From assembly GCA_000934665.2 (NCBI GenBank), contig KZ538227.1, positions 62,001 through 96,671 on the forward strand: a DNA stretch of 34,671 nucleotides. The letters are read 5' to 3'. Made by a program: the position numbers and the translations under genes. This document shows, in pieces, positions 1 to 10,300 of this stretch (the stretch's first letter is position 1; every line of letters starts with the position of its first letter). The stretch comes from Catajapyx aquilonaris (taxonomy: Eukaryota). The notes under the pieces were generated by a model. That model saw only the letters and a list, made by a program, of their open reading frames with translations, was not told the origin of the DNA and did not search any database.

Positions 1-1111
1 AGGCGTGATAAAATCATCTGTCTCCAGACCACCTTCCAACTTATTCAACCCACTCGTCATCAATCAAGTCCTAATTGCTATTCAGGGAACCTGCTTTGTA
101 GGCTTCCAATGTCACAAGAAGCCGAATGGAGCGGCGTATCGTCCTGATTAACTTATCTGTTGGCAAATGTACTTATGTGAAATTTACAAAGAAAAAAAAT
201 AGCAATAAGACGAAAGAGGAGTGACATTGTGGTGGCAAGAGTGGAAGCCTGGATGCTTTATCAGCGTCGGATTTGTGCGAATGTCAGCGAGGGATCTGGT
301 GGTTTAAGATGATATCAAGTCTCAGGAGTGTCACGCTACAAAGAAAACTTATTTTGGCGAGCGTGTTCCTCGTGAATGTAGGCCGGTGGAGTGTTTGAGG
401 AAGTTGCAAAGCGAGAAGGTTTCTTGCTCGTATATGGAAATGCCTGATAGATCAGATCAGACATTTATATCCCCTCTGGTTAGAGCGGATTCTTTTACTA
501 ATTATTTTGCCATTTAGTGATATCGTGCAATCCCATTTGTAATAAATCAGCATTAGAGCGTACAGTACAATGTCCGAAAGTATATACGCTCACTTCTTGC
601 GCATGAAGCATACCGTCAGCCCAATGTTTGCCACAAAGTGAATTTGAAGTTTTGAAAATTATCGAAATTGATGCACCTCATTCATGTTTCAGAAATGAAA
701 TAATTGCTCCTCTTTGTTGCTTTTATACTCCTATCACGACTCTCATTATTACAGAAGTGACATGCTTCTGTGCCAGTTTAAAGCAACGTCCCTCACTGTG
801 TACATCTCATTAAGTGTTTCAAAACACTGGCCTCTACATTTTTGTAAATGTCCGGCAATACGCGTCAGTCACAACGCTCTCTAAACAAAGAGGCGCGCTG
901 GAGTTTTCGCTACCCTGGTTTGCTGAAGGAAAATGAAGCCAGCTAAATGGCAGTGAAAGAGGAAATTAGCCAACTAATGCGGAGTGTAGTCCCAGATTTT
1001 AAAAGTGTTTGCCCGGCATTTCCATTACAGCTGGCGAAAAATTCCGAGAGAAAAAGGGAGCGACGGAGCTATAGTGCAGCTGGGGATGGAACACCGAATG
1101 CGTATACTCAC

Positions 1112-1222
1112 ATGCAGGTCCCTCCGTTCTTGCACTTGGTGATGTTTTTCTCCGGATTACAACTCGGCCCGTATTGGCACTTCTCACCCAAAAAGTTCTC
1201 CAGGCAGGAACATTCGTAACGC
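1112..1222 (-). CDS. Coding exon 3 of CUB-EGF protein: end of EGF-like repeat 1 and start of EGF-like repeat 2
   Basis: Acceptor ttgttcactcacAG|G at 1224-1223 and donor AT|GTGAGT at 1111. The 111 nt are phase 2/2, matching the upstream exon. It reads (S)RYECSCLENFLGEKCQYGPSCNPEKNITKCKNGGTC, with the canonical EGF CxCxxxxxGxxC and CxNGGxC motifs. This frame is not in the ORF track. Confidence 0.9.
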
Positions 1223-1630
1223 CTGTGAGTGAACAAGTTACTGGGTTCATCACTCTACGTCCAGGATTGGAAGAGAGAGAAAAACTTGATGCAAATGCAC
1301 TGTAATATCAGTTTCCGATATGGACATCAATCACGCTCTCTGTAACAACGGTACCAAATTTTTTAAAATCATTTTGCACCACCTGTTTCAAAATTGATCC
1401 TAGTCCCAGAAATTGCACAGATTGTGAGTCCATGTTTTGTAATAACATTTACATATAATTAAAAGCGATCTGTTGAAGATACTGTAGAATTGGTTTTAAT
1501 AGTCCCAAGAGAAATGCGAGTATACTGATCGTATGATCCCATAATGTTATGCTTTCAATTCTACAACATGCGTTGTACACTATACAGAAACTGATATTGA
1601 TGCAGCATCGCAAAGGAGACAAATACTCAC

Positions 1631-1923
1631 GAGAAATCTGAGCTGGCAAAGCAGTGTCCAGCTGCGGAGCATCCGATAACGCTGCAGTTGGTCAGACTGT
1701 GATGGTGGTAAGTGTCCACATCGACTATCTGGTAGGTGATGTTGAATCCGTACACGTCCAGGAAGGAATATGAGGAGCGGAAGTGGTTCTCCAGGCCCCT
1801 CGCTTCGAACTTCAGAAGCATATATGGATTCGGGGATGCCATATAGGCCAGTATGTTGTACTGCTCCGGTATCTTCAACTCCTTCTCTCCCATTCCGGTG
1901 TGATAATCCGCCCATTCCTTCAT
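1631..1923 (-). CDS. Coding exon 2 of CUB-EGF protein: C-terminal half of CUB domain and start of EGF-like repeat 1
   Basis: Acceptor ttttttttgtacatgtttcAG|ATG at 1925-1924 and donor TC|GTGAGT at 1630; 293 nt, phase 0/2. It reads MKEWADY...PYMLLKFEA...LDVYGFNITYQ (CUB terminal GFxxxY strand), then CSVIGCSAAGHCFASSDFS (first three EGF cysteines). Confidence 0.9.
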
Positions 1924-3223
1924 CTGAAACATGTACAAAAAAAACCTATAGAAAATCTGGATAAGTCCTGTTTATGTCTTTTAATATTGTCACACTGATC
2001 CTACAGGTTGTGCCCAACAATTCTGTTCTCTGTGTATTTTCTCGTGATTCTCTAGTAAAACATGTCCGGCTACAAAGCGTGAAAGAGTGGACAGGAATCG
2101 CGAACAGCGTAACGAACGATTGGGAGGCTTGGAAGTAAAGCTTGTGCGCGAGGTTATCGGAAAAGAGCTCAGATAAGTATCGAATTCTGATGCGTCACTC
2201 AGGTAAAATGGCGGAGACTAACCTGGGCGTGAAAGCCGGCTTAAGTGTAAGAGAAACTTGAGCCTAATCCTCAAATCGAGGGTACTATACACTATAGGTA
2301 ATTGGATAGCCAAATATTTCGTTTACTTTCTGCTCACGTGTCACACATAATGGCGACAGTGGTCACGGGACGTTAAAGCTATTTGAGGCACCTACACTGT
2401 TTTTCCATTGGAGCCATAAAGGGGGAGGCGGAAATCTGATTTCCAATCATTAGTGACTGCCCGCCTTTTCACTTGTCACACTTCATTATCGAACCTGTCG
2501 AGCAAAACATGCCGTTGCCAGTCTAAACTGACGAGGCACGTCAGGCTCGTGTCACAAAGTTCCCGATTTTTATGTACAGTGCTGGCCACAAATACGCTCT
2601 TTTTCGGCCTAAGGGCTGGACTCGGGGCTAAGCGACACTCCACATTTTAAAATGAACTGAAATCGACTGAAATGGTCAGTATGCTGTGGAAATGGCTCGA
2701 GTTCGAATTTCACAGGATATGTTGCCCTTTGTACCACTAGCATGAAGCTAGTTGAGGCCAGTGTGCGAATTTCCGTCTGCGCAATACTGATATGTACAGT
2801 GCACTCTGCCTAAAACCACTTACGCTGGGAACCTGTGGAGGTCTTTGCAAGCGGCAAACCACCCATGCTGTTCAACCATGCAGTATTGTACAGTACAGTA
2901 TATGCAACTCATCTGGATCCCATAAGTTTAACAAGCGGACGTTGCCATACATCGGCAGATCCCCCTATAGCCCTTAGGCTACTTGATTTGGCAAGCATTT
3001 ACGACTCTCTTGTATGGAACAAAAATTGCCAAATGGCTGCCATAAAATGCTAACAAGGCAGACTGAAACCGGAACACTTTTCTGTAGTCCTACGTAATTC
3101 AATAATTCGGGACAGAAAATCATTAAAAATGCGTTTTTACTATAACATTACTGGAGACACAATATCTTGTGTGCATGTCGCACAACCTTAAGATTTGCAG
3201 GATTATTTATGCATACGGCATAC

Positions 3224-3529
3224 CTTGATGCCGTCGAGGACATAGAGCTGTGTGAAGTAGATAACAATGATCGAGTTCGGATAGGAGGAAGAATTGACCA
3301 GCCACTGGCAGGTGATGGGGGTCGGGAAGGGCCTGGGGAAGTTGGGCGTCTGGATGATCCCTGCCCGGTCCTGCAGCTCCTCCATCCGCCCTTGGTCCGG
3401 CGGCCCGCAAGCAGGAGAGGCCTGCAGAAGATGGCCCCACCAGCCGAGGATCAACAATGCCAAGGCCCATGAAAGTGGAGGAGAAGGAGGAGCAGCAGGC
3501 CAGGCCTGCCGCAGCCTCTTCTTGCTCAT
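3224..3529 (-). CDS. Coding exon 1 of CUB-EGF protein: signal peptide and N-terminal half of CUB domain
   Basis: ATG at 3529 in GCC-ATG-A context with an in-frame TGA upstream (3571-3569). Hydrophobic LSWALALLILGWWGHLLQA is followed by CG...GIIQTPNFPRPFPTPITCQWLV...IIVIYF, matching the CUB motif G.I.SPN.P..Y.....C.W.I. Donor AAG|GTATGC at 3223, phase 0, joins exon 1923-1631 in frame. Confidence 0.9.
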
Positions 3530-3759
3530 GGCCGATGATGCTGGTGGCTGATGCAACAACCTTCTTCCTCATCTGCATCCGTATGGACCCGGACCATCTC
3601 GGAGAGTCTTTCTTTCCCTGCTGCGTCGATTCTTCCGAGGTTGTAGCATCCTCAAACGCCCATTATGCATGCAGGCTACATTGGTCTCGTCATCTCCCAA
3701 CACCAGACACAGATGAGATGTAACAAAGCCACTTCCTGCACCTGCCTCTCCGCTCCCAC
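3530..3759 (-). other. Probable 5'-UTR portion of the first coding exon
   Basis: Strong acceptor tgttgtgttctgtgtttgcAG|G at 3761-3760. GC content continues that of the exon and drops upstream of it. This implies at least one further non-coding exon at higher coordinates. Confidence 0.6.
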
Positions 3760-5429
3760 CTGCAAACACAGAACACAACAATTTGCTTAGCATGTCTCTG
3801 TATGCTTGTACTGCATGTATATACAAGCAGTTAGAGTGATACAGCCGGTGCATCCGCTCCAGCGTTAATAATGTACAAGACATTTACATCACTATGATGA
3901 AAGCCATTACACGGCAAATTGTATCAGATAAGGTCACAACAATTTATAAATTAGTTTACAGTTTTTGAACACTTGCGACACATTTTGTGCACGCTTGTGA
4001 ATACACGGTGCTCAAACACGCTTTCCAAAATGTTGAGAGGATGAGCATCGTGTATACGTAATTAAACGCATAAAAAGCCTACCAAGTTGTCAAGTGACAA
4101 TCTGTACGAGAACTTCTCTTGAAATTGGACATCCGCGGTTTATTTAGGTCTACAGTCACCATTCACCAGCCAGATTTCGGTAGCCCTATTTGCACTGCTT
4201 AATTAGCACTTCCGCCGCGTATATTGGAAACGAAGCTCCATTACATTGCGCAATTAAACATTTCTGATTGTTGCAATTCTGTCTAAATCTGTCATATAAT
4301 GCACAACCACGTTAAATACTGTTAGAAATATATTATCTGTGTAACATCAAGTTTGTGGTTCAATTAGATATTTGGAGCAAATTGCACTTTATAATGACTA
4401 CTAACAGTACTAAAGAGTAAAATGAATAATTGGCAAAACAATAGCTGATATACTGTAGTACATCTACATATACACATCATAAGACATATTTTCATATATG
4501 TACAGTGTCTGCTAGCATCACGTTATTCTGTAGAGTGCAAACCCATCAGACTAATGTGTTCACCACCTTGATATAGCCGTTTACTGCCTCTATAGCAACA
4601 ATGTTTACGTCCTCCATGTCTGACATCAGAGTGTCTATCATATGCGCATCACATTAAGCTGCTTTCTCGTTACAAACTCTGCTATAATATGAGGTACCAA
4701 AACATGTCCTCGTGCATAAATTAAGACCTCGCAGCAGCGTCTATCTCCTCCTTCATATTTGATGCGTTTTCCATCCCAGGTGTAAGAGCGATATATCAAT
4801 CCGAGAGACGCCTATATTTGGAACCTGCGAAAGAGTATACGTATAGCCCCCTCTGTTGCTCAACGTTCGTCATAGGAATCCAGATCACGTTTTAGGGACT
4901 GGGGCAAGTACAAGGAGGCTGGGTTTGAACGTATATAAAGGAGAAGAAGGAAAGGGGGGTGTGGCAAAGGAGGAGGAAATGACAGATTGGCCCCCAATCA
5001 ATAAGACAGCTTCTTAAAGTCAGCGACTCCATCTCCCCACCGCATCTCCCACTTTTCCTGATAAATGGCATAATTTACTGGAGAGCTCTGCCTCGTAATT
5101 CCATCCAGGTCTTGTCGTCGCCTTTTGATCACGTCTGAGATGACGTGCACCACCAACCGCCCCCACCATCCTTTTCTTATTCCTTTTTCCCTCCATAAGC
5201 CTCGATTTTGATAGGCCCCTACCGTCACTTGGCGAGCTTCCAACCTGTCCATGGAGGATGATGAGCATCATCTTCATCCGTACACCAAATTCAGAACCAT
5301 AGAAATGCCCTAACTTTCTTATGTGCTGGTCACTTTTCAGCAAAAACCTGAGCAAATTCATCCTGGCAGTTTCTTAATTAACCGGATAATTAACCGTCAC
5401 CGAAAGTAAACATGAAACCAATTCTGGTC

Positions 5430-5532
5430 ACGCTGACTGACGCTGAATCCGAATCTGAAAACCGCTTGTCGCTCTGTGATACTGTTTAGGCCCTGGAACT
5501 TGTTCACGGACGGACATAGCCTTTTATATAGA
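5430..5532 (-). mobile_element. Possible non-autonomous Helitron-like 5' end fragment
   Basis: Minus strand starts TCTATATAAAAGGCTATGTCCGTCCGT (TC start, A/T run, short GTCC repeat). The motif actgacgctgaatcc here recurs near 22963. Family assignment is by recalled resemblance only. Confidence 0.3.
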
Positions 5533-5743
5533 ACAAGTCTAAAAATGGAGAGTTCTCATCAGAAATACTCTTGGATGTAGTAGAGATGTCGGATCTAATG
5601 GAGACAGACGCGGTACACATTTTATATTTCCAGACTAAAAAGTAAGGCCTGCAGCTGAATGTTTCATTATAAAATGCGAGGATGCAGAGGTATCCTAGAA
5701 TCCGACCTGTCATCGTCAGCGGATTTTCATAATATGGCGAATA

Positions 5744-5758
5744 CCCCCCCCCCCCCCC
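5744..5758. repeat. poly(C)15 tract
   Basis: 15 consecutive C residues. Confidence 0.95.
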
Positions 5759-6274
5759 TAACTATGAATTTTGGCTCTTTGGGTGAACCGCCTTGTTTGC
5801 GTATCGGCATGTTCGCCAAAATATGTATACGGCCTAAGGCTTCCTTTGGCATGAGGGCGAGAAATTCAACCTCAGTTTGATACTCACACGAGCGTTGTGC
5901 CAAGCACATCTCTCGTACGCTCAAGTTCTGGCGCCCGCGCTCGTGTGTAAACACTTCTCGAGCCGACAGCCAGCCCTTTCCTATTATTACACAGCTTACC
6001 CATAAATCCTGGTCATTCATACCCTAGCCTGGGCTAAGTTTGTTGAACGACAGAGCAAGCTGTCTTCGTCAGATTTGGAGTGTACAAGTGGTCCTGTGAG
6101 TAACGACCACGTTGTTCACATGAACTGTCACGAACTCAAATTATTAAGAAAATATTTGCTTAGTGTGGGAAACTACCGCATCGCCTTGAGGTAAATCACA
6201 TGTAAAATGCATCATTATGCATCGCCATTATTTATGGCGCTGCATAATTATCTTAGCATGTGTGCGGCGTTGAA

Positions 6275-6575
6275 CACAAGAATGTACGACGCCTGGCCGT
6301 GGGTACTGTTGATAACCAGCAGTGTGTCATGACCGTGATGCATTATAGATTCACAGATGTGGGCTCTCTGCAAGACCAGTTCTCGGAGCCAGAGCTCTGC
6401 CCTTCCGCATATACACTTGCGCACTTGGCATCGATCGCCTGCATGCAGTACGATGCTCCCCTCTTTACAACTACACACACCCAACTCTATAGGCCTCAAA
6501 ATGGACCCAATCTCACCGGCTCACAAGTCTTCCTCTCTACTTTTTTTTCTGGATGAATACAAAAAACTCTGAAAA
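6275..6575 (+). pseudogene. Highly decayed Tc1/mariner-superfamily transposase fragment (catalytic region)
   Basis: Ordered motif remnants: KNVRRLAVGTVDNQ (cf. NVWAGI), LQDQFSEPEL...CMQYDAP at 6443 (cf. FLQ..LPELL...WFQHDGAP) and, after a frameshift, WTQSHRLTSLPLYFFFW at 6502-6552 (cf. WPPRSPDLTPLDFFLWG). No TIRs found. Confidence 0.5.
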
Positions 6576-9460
6576 GTGTGGTCGGAATAAACTCTTTTGA
6601 AAATTTTGGTTCTTTCATGTGAATTTTTATGAGATTTTGAGGACCTTGCCTGGTTTTTTGCTTCTGGGTGTATCGGCATATATTCAGATTCATAGGGCAT
6701 GGCGAGGTTCACTTTTTGTGTGATACTGCTAATGTTATGCAGTTTTGTCCGTGCGTTTGTGACATGAAGAGTCCATAACTTATGCATGGTGTTTCAACAG
6801 ATTAGATTAAGATCACAAAAACAAGACCTAAAATAGTCAAACATCATTGTGTACTGCAACCTTTGGTTATTCTCATAGTCAAGGCCTGTAACTATAATTT
6901 CTGAGCAGAAGAGTGAGCATCTAATTTTCCTCGCCATTTTGCACATAACAAATGGCAGCTTGCATTGTAGGTGCAACATGCATAAATTTGGCTAGTGTTA
7001 ATCAAATAACTTCATAACATTTCTGATTGGAATACGGTGCACGATGAATTATTATCAATCATAACTATAAAAGTGCATATTGTCTTGCAACTAATGCAAC
7101 ATATGAAGTACAAGAAGTAAACATGACTGCAAACGCAAGGCGACAACATCTGAACTTACAATATAGCCTATAATATATTTTGTGAAAAAGTTAGGCAGCA
7201 AAATTTCCTCCTGATACAATGCCGGATAATTCCCCTAAAGCAACAAAAAAAAACTAGTTGGAGTGGTAGGTAACTAAATTTCAGGGCTGGAGGATTAGGG
7301 CAGAGTTTGTGAGAGCTAATTTTTCGCCCCGAAGAATTCCAGGTAAGCTTCAGAAGCAGGCCAGCAGCATCAGACTGCAGGCAAAACTGCCGCTCGCCGG
7401 AAGATAATGCCGGTGTGAAAACAATTCATACTACGTGTTCGATGATCGTAAAACAGATTTATTCGATCGAATCCCCCCACATAATCGGCGCATGAGACAC
7501 TTTATGACGCCCATTACTTTCTGGGCGCAATTAGCAATAATGGAGTGATGTTAGCAAAGCTCTATCTGCGCACATCCCAGCAGGGTTATCAACTGTCCAG
7601 CTCGCATCACCACTCTCCATATTGTGTCACGCAAGCCCCTGACTTCTTCCGTCATTTGCTCACACGCAAATTAGAACGTTGTTGTTGTTTTTCGCTCTCC
7701 GGATAGTCCTGCTCTGCTGCTGTGATCAAAGCCATCGCCCTTAACTACCATGTGCGCTGGTTTAAAAAATTGGACATTTTATCTGTACCTAATCGTCTGA
7801 AAATGGTTCACAGTTGGCCCTATCAACGCAACAGTCGCAGCATCAGATACAATGTAAACCGCGGGTTACCGTTCATTTACACGCTTAATAACAAAACGGC
7901 ATGTTAAAAGGCAATTAGCCATTCCCATTTTTCACTTAAAATGTAGATAATCGGAGAAAAAAAGTTGTGCTCTCACCATATAAAACTGCCTTCATTAAAA
8001 CTGAGAAATAAAGTGGCGATTCCGTTTACTGAAACCACAATAGTGTTCTAGGAGTTCTCCTTGAAGATGATGAAACTTCTCTTTATAGCGTCGGAAACTG
8101 CTCAGCCGCCTTCACGTGCCAAATCACATAGGTACAAGTGTACTTCAAGAATGGCATTGCTACAAGTCAGATTTTTTTGCAAGGACAACACATTGCCCAC
8201 CACATTTTGATAGTACCTCGGGATGTGTCACACTCGCTTCCGGTTTTCATTACTCATCGTGTTTTGAAGAATCCTGCCTGATCGTCAAAAGAAGAATGTT
8301 TGTTAGGCCGGATGAACGACAATAAATAACAAAAGAAACCATCATTCACAATGATTTTACGAGCGTCATTTCAATTTGAAGACATCAATTGGAGGCCATC
8401 TAAGACCGTTTAGATAAGTCCTTTCTGGAAGCAAACAAAGACGTTAAAGGTCCTAACAGTGGACTATTTTCCCTCCCGTCCTTAACTTTCTGCTACGATA
8501 AATGATTTCACGACGCGTTAAATCGCTAATTACGTTCGCGACGGAGCAAAGTCCAAGGTGCTTCCTGGCTTCACGGAGGGGACATTGATAGTGATCACGG
8601 TCATGATGCGTCACTTTTTTACTAGCCAGATATAGGATCTGGTGGAAAAGGATGAATCCGCATTAGAAGTACTAAAAAAGGAGTCGGCGGATAGCTCTGG
8701 AGGAAAAAAAAAGTCCGGAAATAAAGAAGGATAGCGTAGTCTGGAGCCAAATGAGACGTGAGCCTGCGAGATAGGTCTTCTGGAAGGAAGTGCAGAGAAC
8801 AAACAAAAAGAATGCGGAAAATAGGCCCATTTCATTCTAAACCTCAACTCATGCAGTCCACTGAACCCTGCTATTACAAATGAACATCGCGATATAAGTA
8901 GCTTTTTGCAGAGAATTGTGTAGGTTATCAATACAAATTGTAACTCAAATGTTCGTCTAAAATGTGCCCAAATTCATCAACGGATGCTCTTTTTAAGTAT
9001 CGGAAAATCAGGCTGTAACTTTTGAAGGCTGAAAATGTCTAATTCACGAACATGTGCCGGATTCAGCCCTTCATTGTCAGTTCATTGTTTCGATGAAAAT
9101 TCGTAAAAAAAATTACATATTATTTTCAGCAGAAACATGCGCCCGAAAATGAAGTTGTTCGCTTTCTCCAGTGAGCCGCTCCTAAAATTTAGTGCTCCAT
9201 GGGACCAGTACAGTTTAGCCGGAAATCCTCCATGACTGCAGACGGGGGGTTGTTGCAAAATTCATTCCCGTCTTAATTGGGCCTAACTGCAAGCATGGCA
9301 GTAACTGCATTGTGCAAATTGGAGTGTAATGTTCCTCAGAGAGCGTCAGAGAGTCGGTCCCCCCATGAAAGACGAAAGCTTTTCAAGAGGCACAATCCTC
9401 TTTACGGGGGATCACCAACAGATTCCCCACTACAATGATATCAATTATTACACTCTCTAG

Positions 9461-10300
9461 GAAGCCAAAGTGCCTGAAGTAAAATTGGTTCCGGCATACC
9501 GTAACGCATTGAAGTTGGCTCTGAGGCACTGGGTATCAGACTCAGAGATCCTAAGGATCGCTACCAAATTGCTAGAGGAGGTGAGAAACCCTAGAGACGG
9601 CTCTTTTCCGCATAGTAAGCTCTCCTTTGATCTCCTTGTACTACATGCACTACATCGATCCATTCTGCTCCCTGCTCTATGCTCTTACTTCCCACATAGA
9701 ACCCCCACAAGTAGTTCCCTCCTCGCAGGACATGTTCTGGATTTTTATGGCTCTTTTCCAATATCTGGCACCAGAATGACGTCCAGGCAATTACATGCCT
9801 AAAAGGTATAAACTTGACAAGAATTTGGATTTTTCGCCATTTTTGCACATTTTATCAAGTCTGCCATTATGCGACCTGAAATCCATCAGGCACACAAATG
9901 GTGGTGGGACCCTGCACAAAACCGTTGTGATTTCGGAATATCACACGGCTCCGACTTACGTATAGGGTTGGCGATTTACGTAAGTCGGATACTCCCAAAT
10001 GAGTCATACATTTCCAAGTTAAGCTCGGTTGACTATGCTGATGAAAGCTGTCTCATACACCCTAGAATTCGTAAGGGCCTATTTGCCGCAGTTCATTTGG
10101 TGCTGGATGCTTGAAAGTACAAACCGGGGCATTACCTGGTATTCCCTTTGCCTTGAAAATACTGAGCTGTAAGCATGAAATAATGCCTCGGGCGAAATGA
10201 GAAAGTGGTCTTGTGAGCCGAAACATGAGAAAGCCCAAGTTACAAATGCGATCTCTCCTTAATAATCGTCGCAAACAGGTATAAACCCTCATTATAAACA
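9461..10300 (+). pseudogene. Highly decayed non-LTR retrotransposon reverse-transcriptase relic
   Basis: ORFs 9470-9802 and 9869-10114 share a frame. They carry RT-like remnants in the correct order: YRNALKL...ILRI (cf. YRPISLL...K..ERI), DGSF...SFD (cf. QxGFR...STxD), LDFYGSFP (cf. LDFxKAFD), GISHGSDL...IYV (cf. GVPQGSxL...IYI) and DYADESCL at 10031 (cf. YADD). Internal stops are present and the boundaries are approximate. Confidence 0.45.

Noticed and set aside
947..1253. ORF-track entries 947-1219 (+) and 999-1253 (-)
   Set aside because: They overlap real exon 3 on the wrong strand or in the wrong frame and show no recognisable protein features.
2575..2588. TA-CAGTGCTGGCCA, resembling the start of a Tc1 terminal inverted repeat
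   Set aside because: Only about 12 nt match and I found no inverted partner or adjacent transposase.
3167..3723. Plus-strand ORFs opposite coding exon 1
   Set aside because: Antisense shadows of a GC-rich coding exon.
8059..8098. TGAAGA...GAAAC arrangement reminiscent of a minimal hammerhead ribozyme (another on the minus strand near 28520-28555)
   Set aside because: The core is imperfect and I could not form convincing stems I-III; an Infernal search would be needed.
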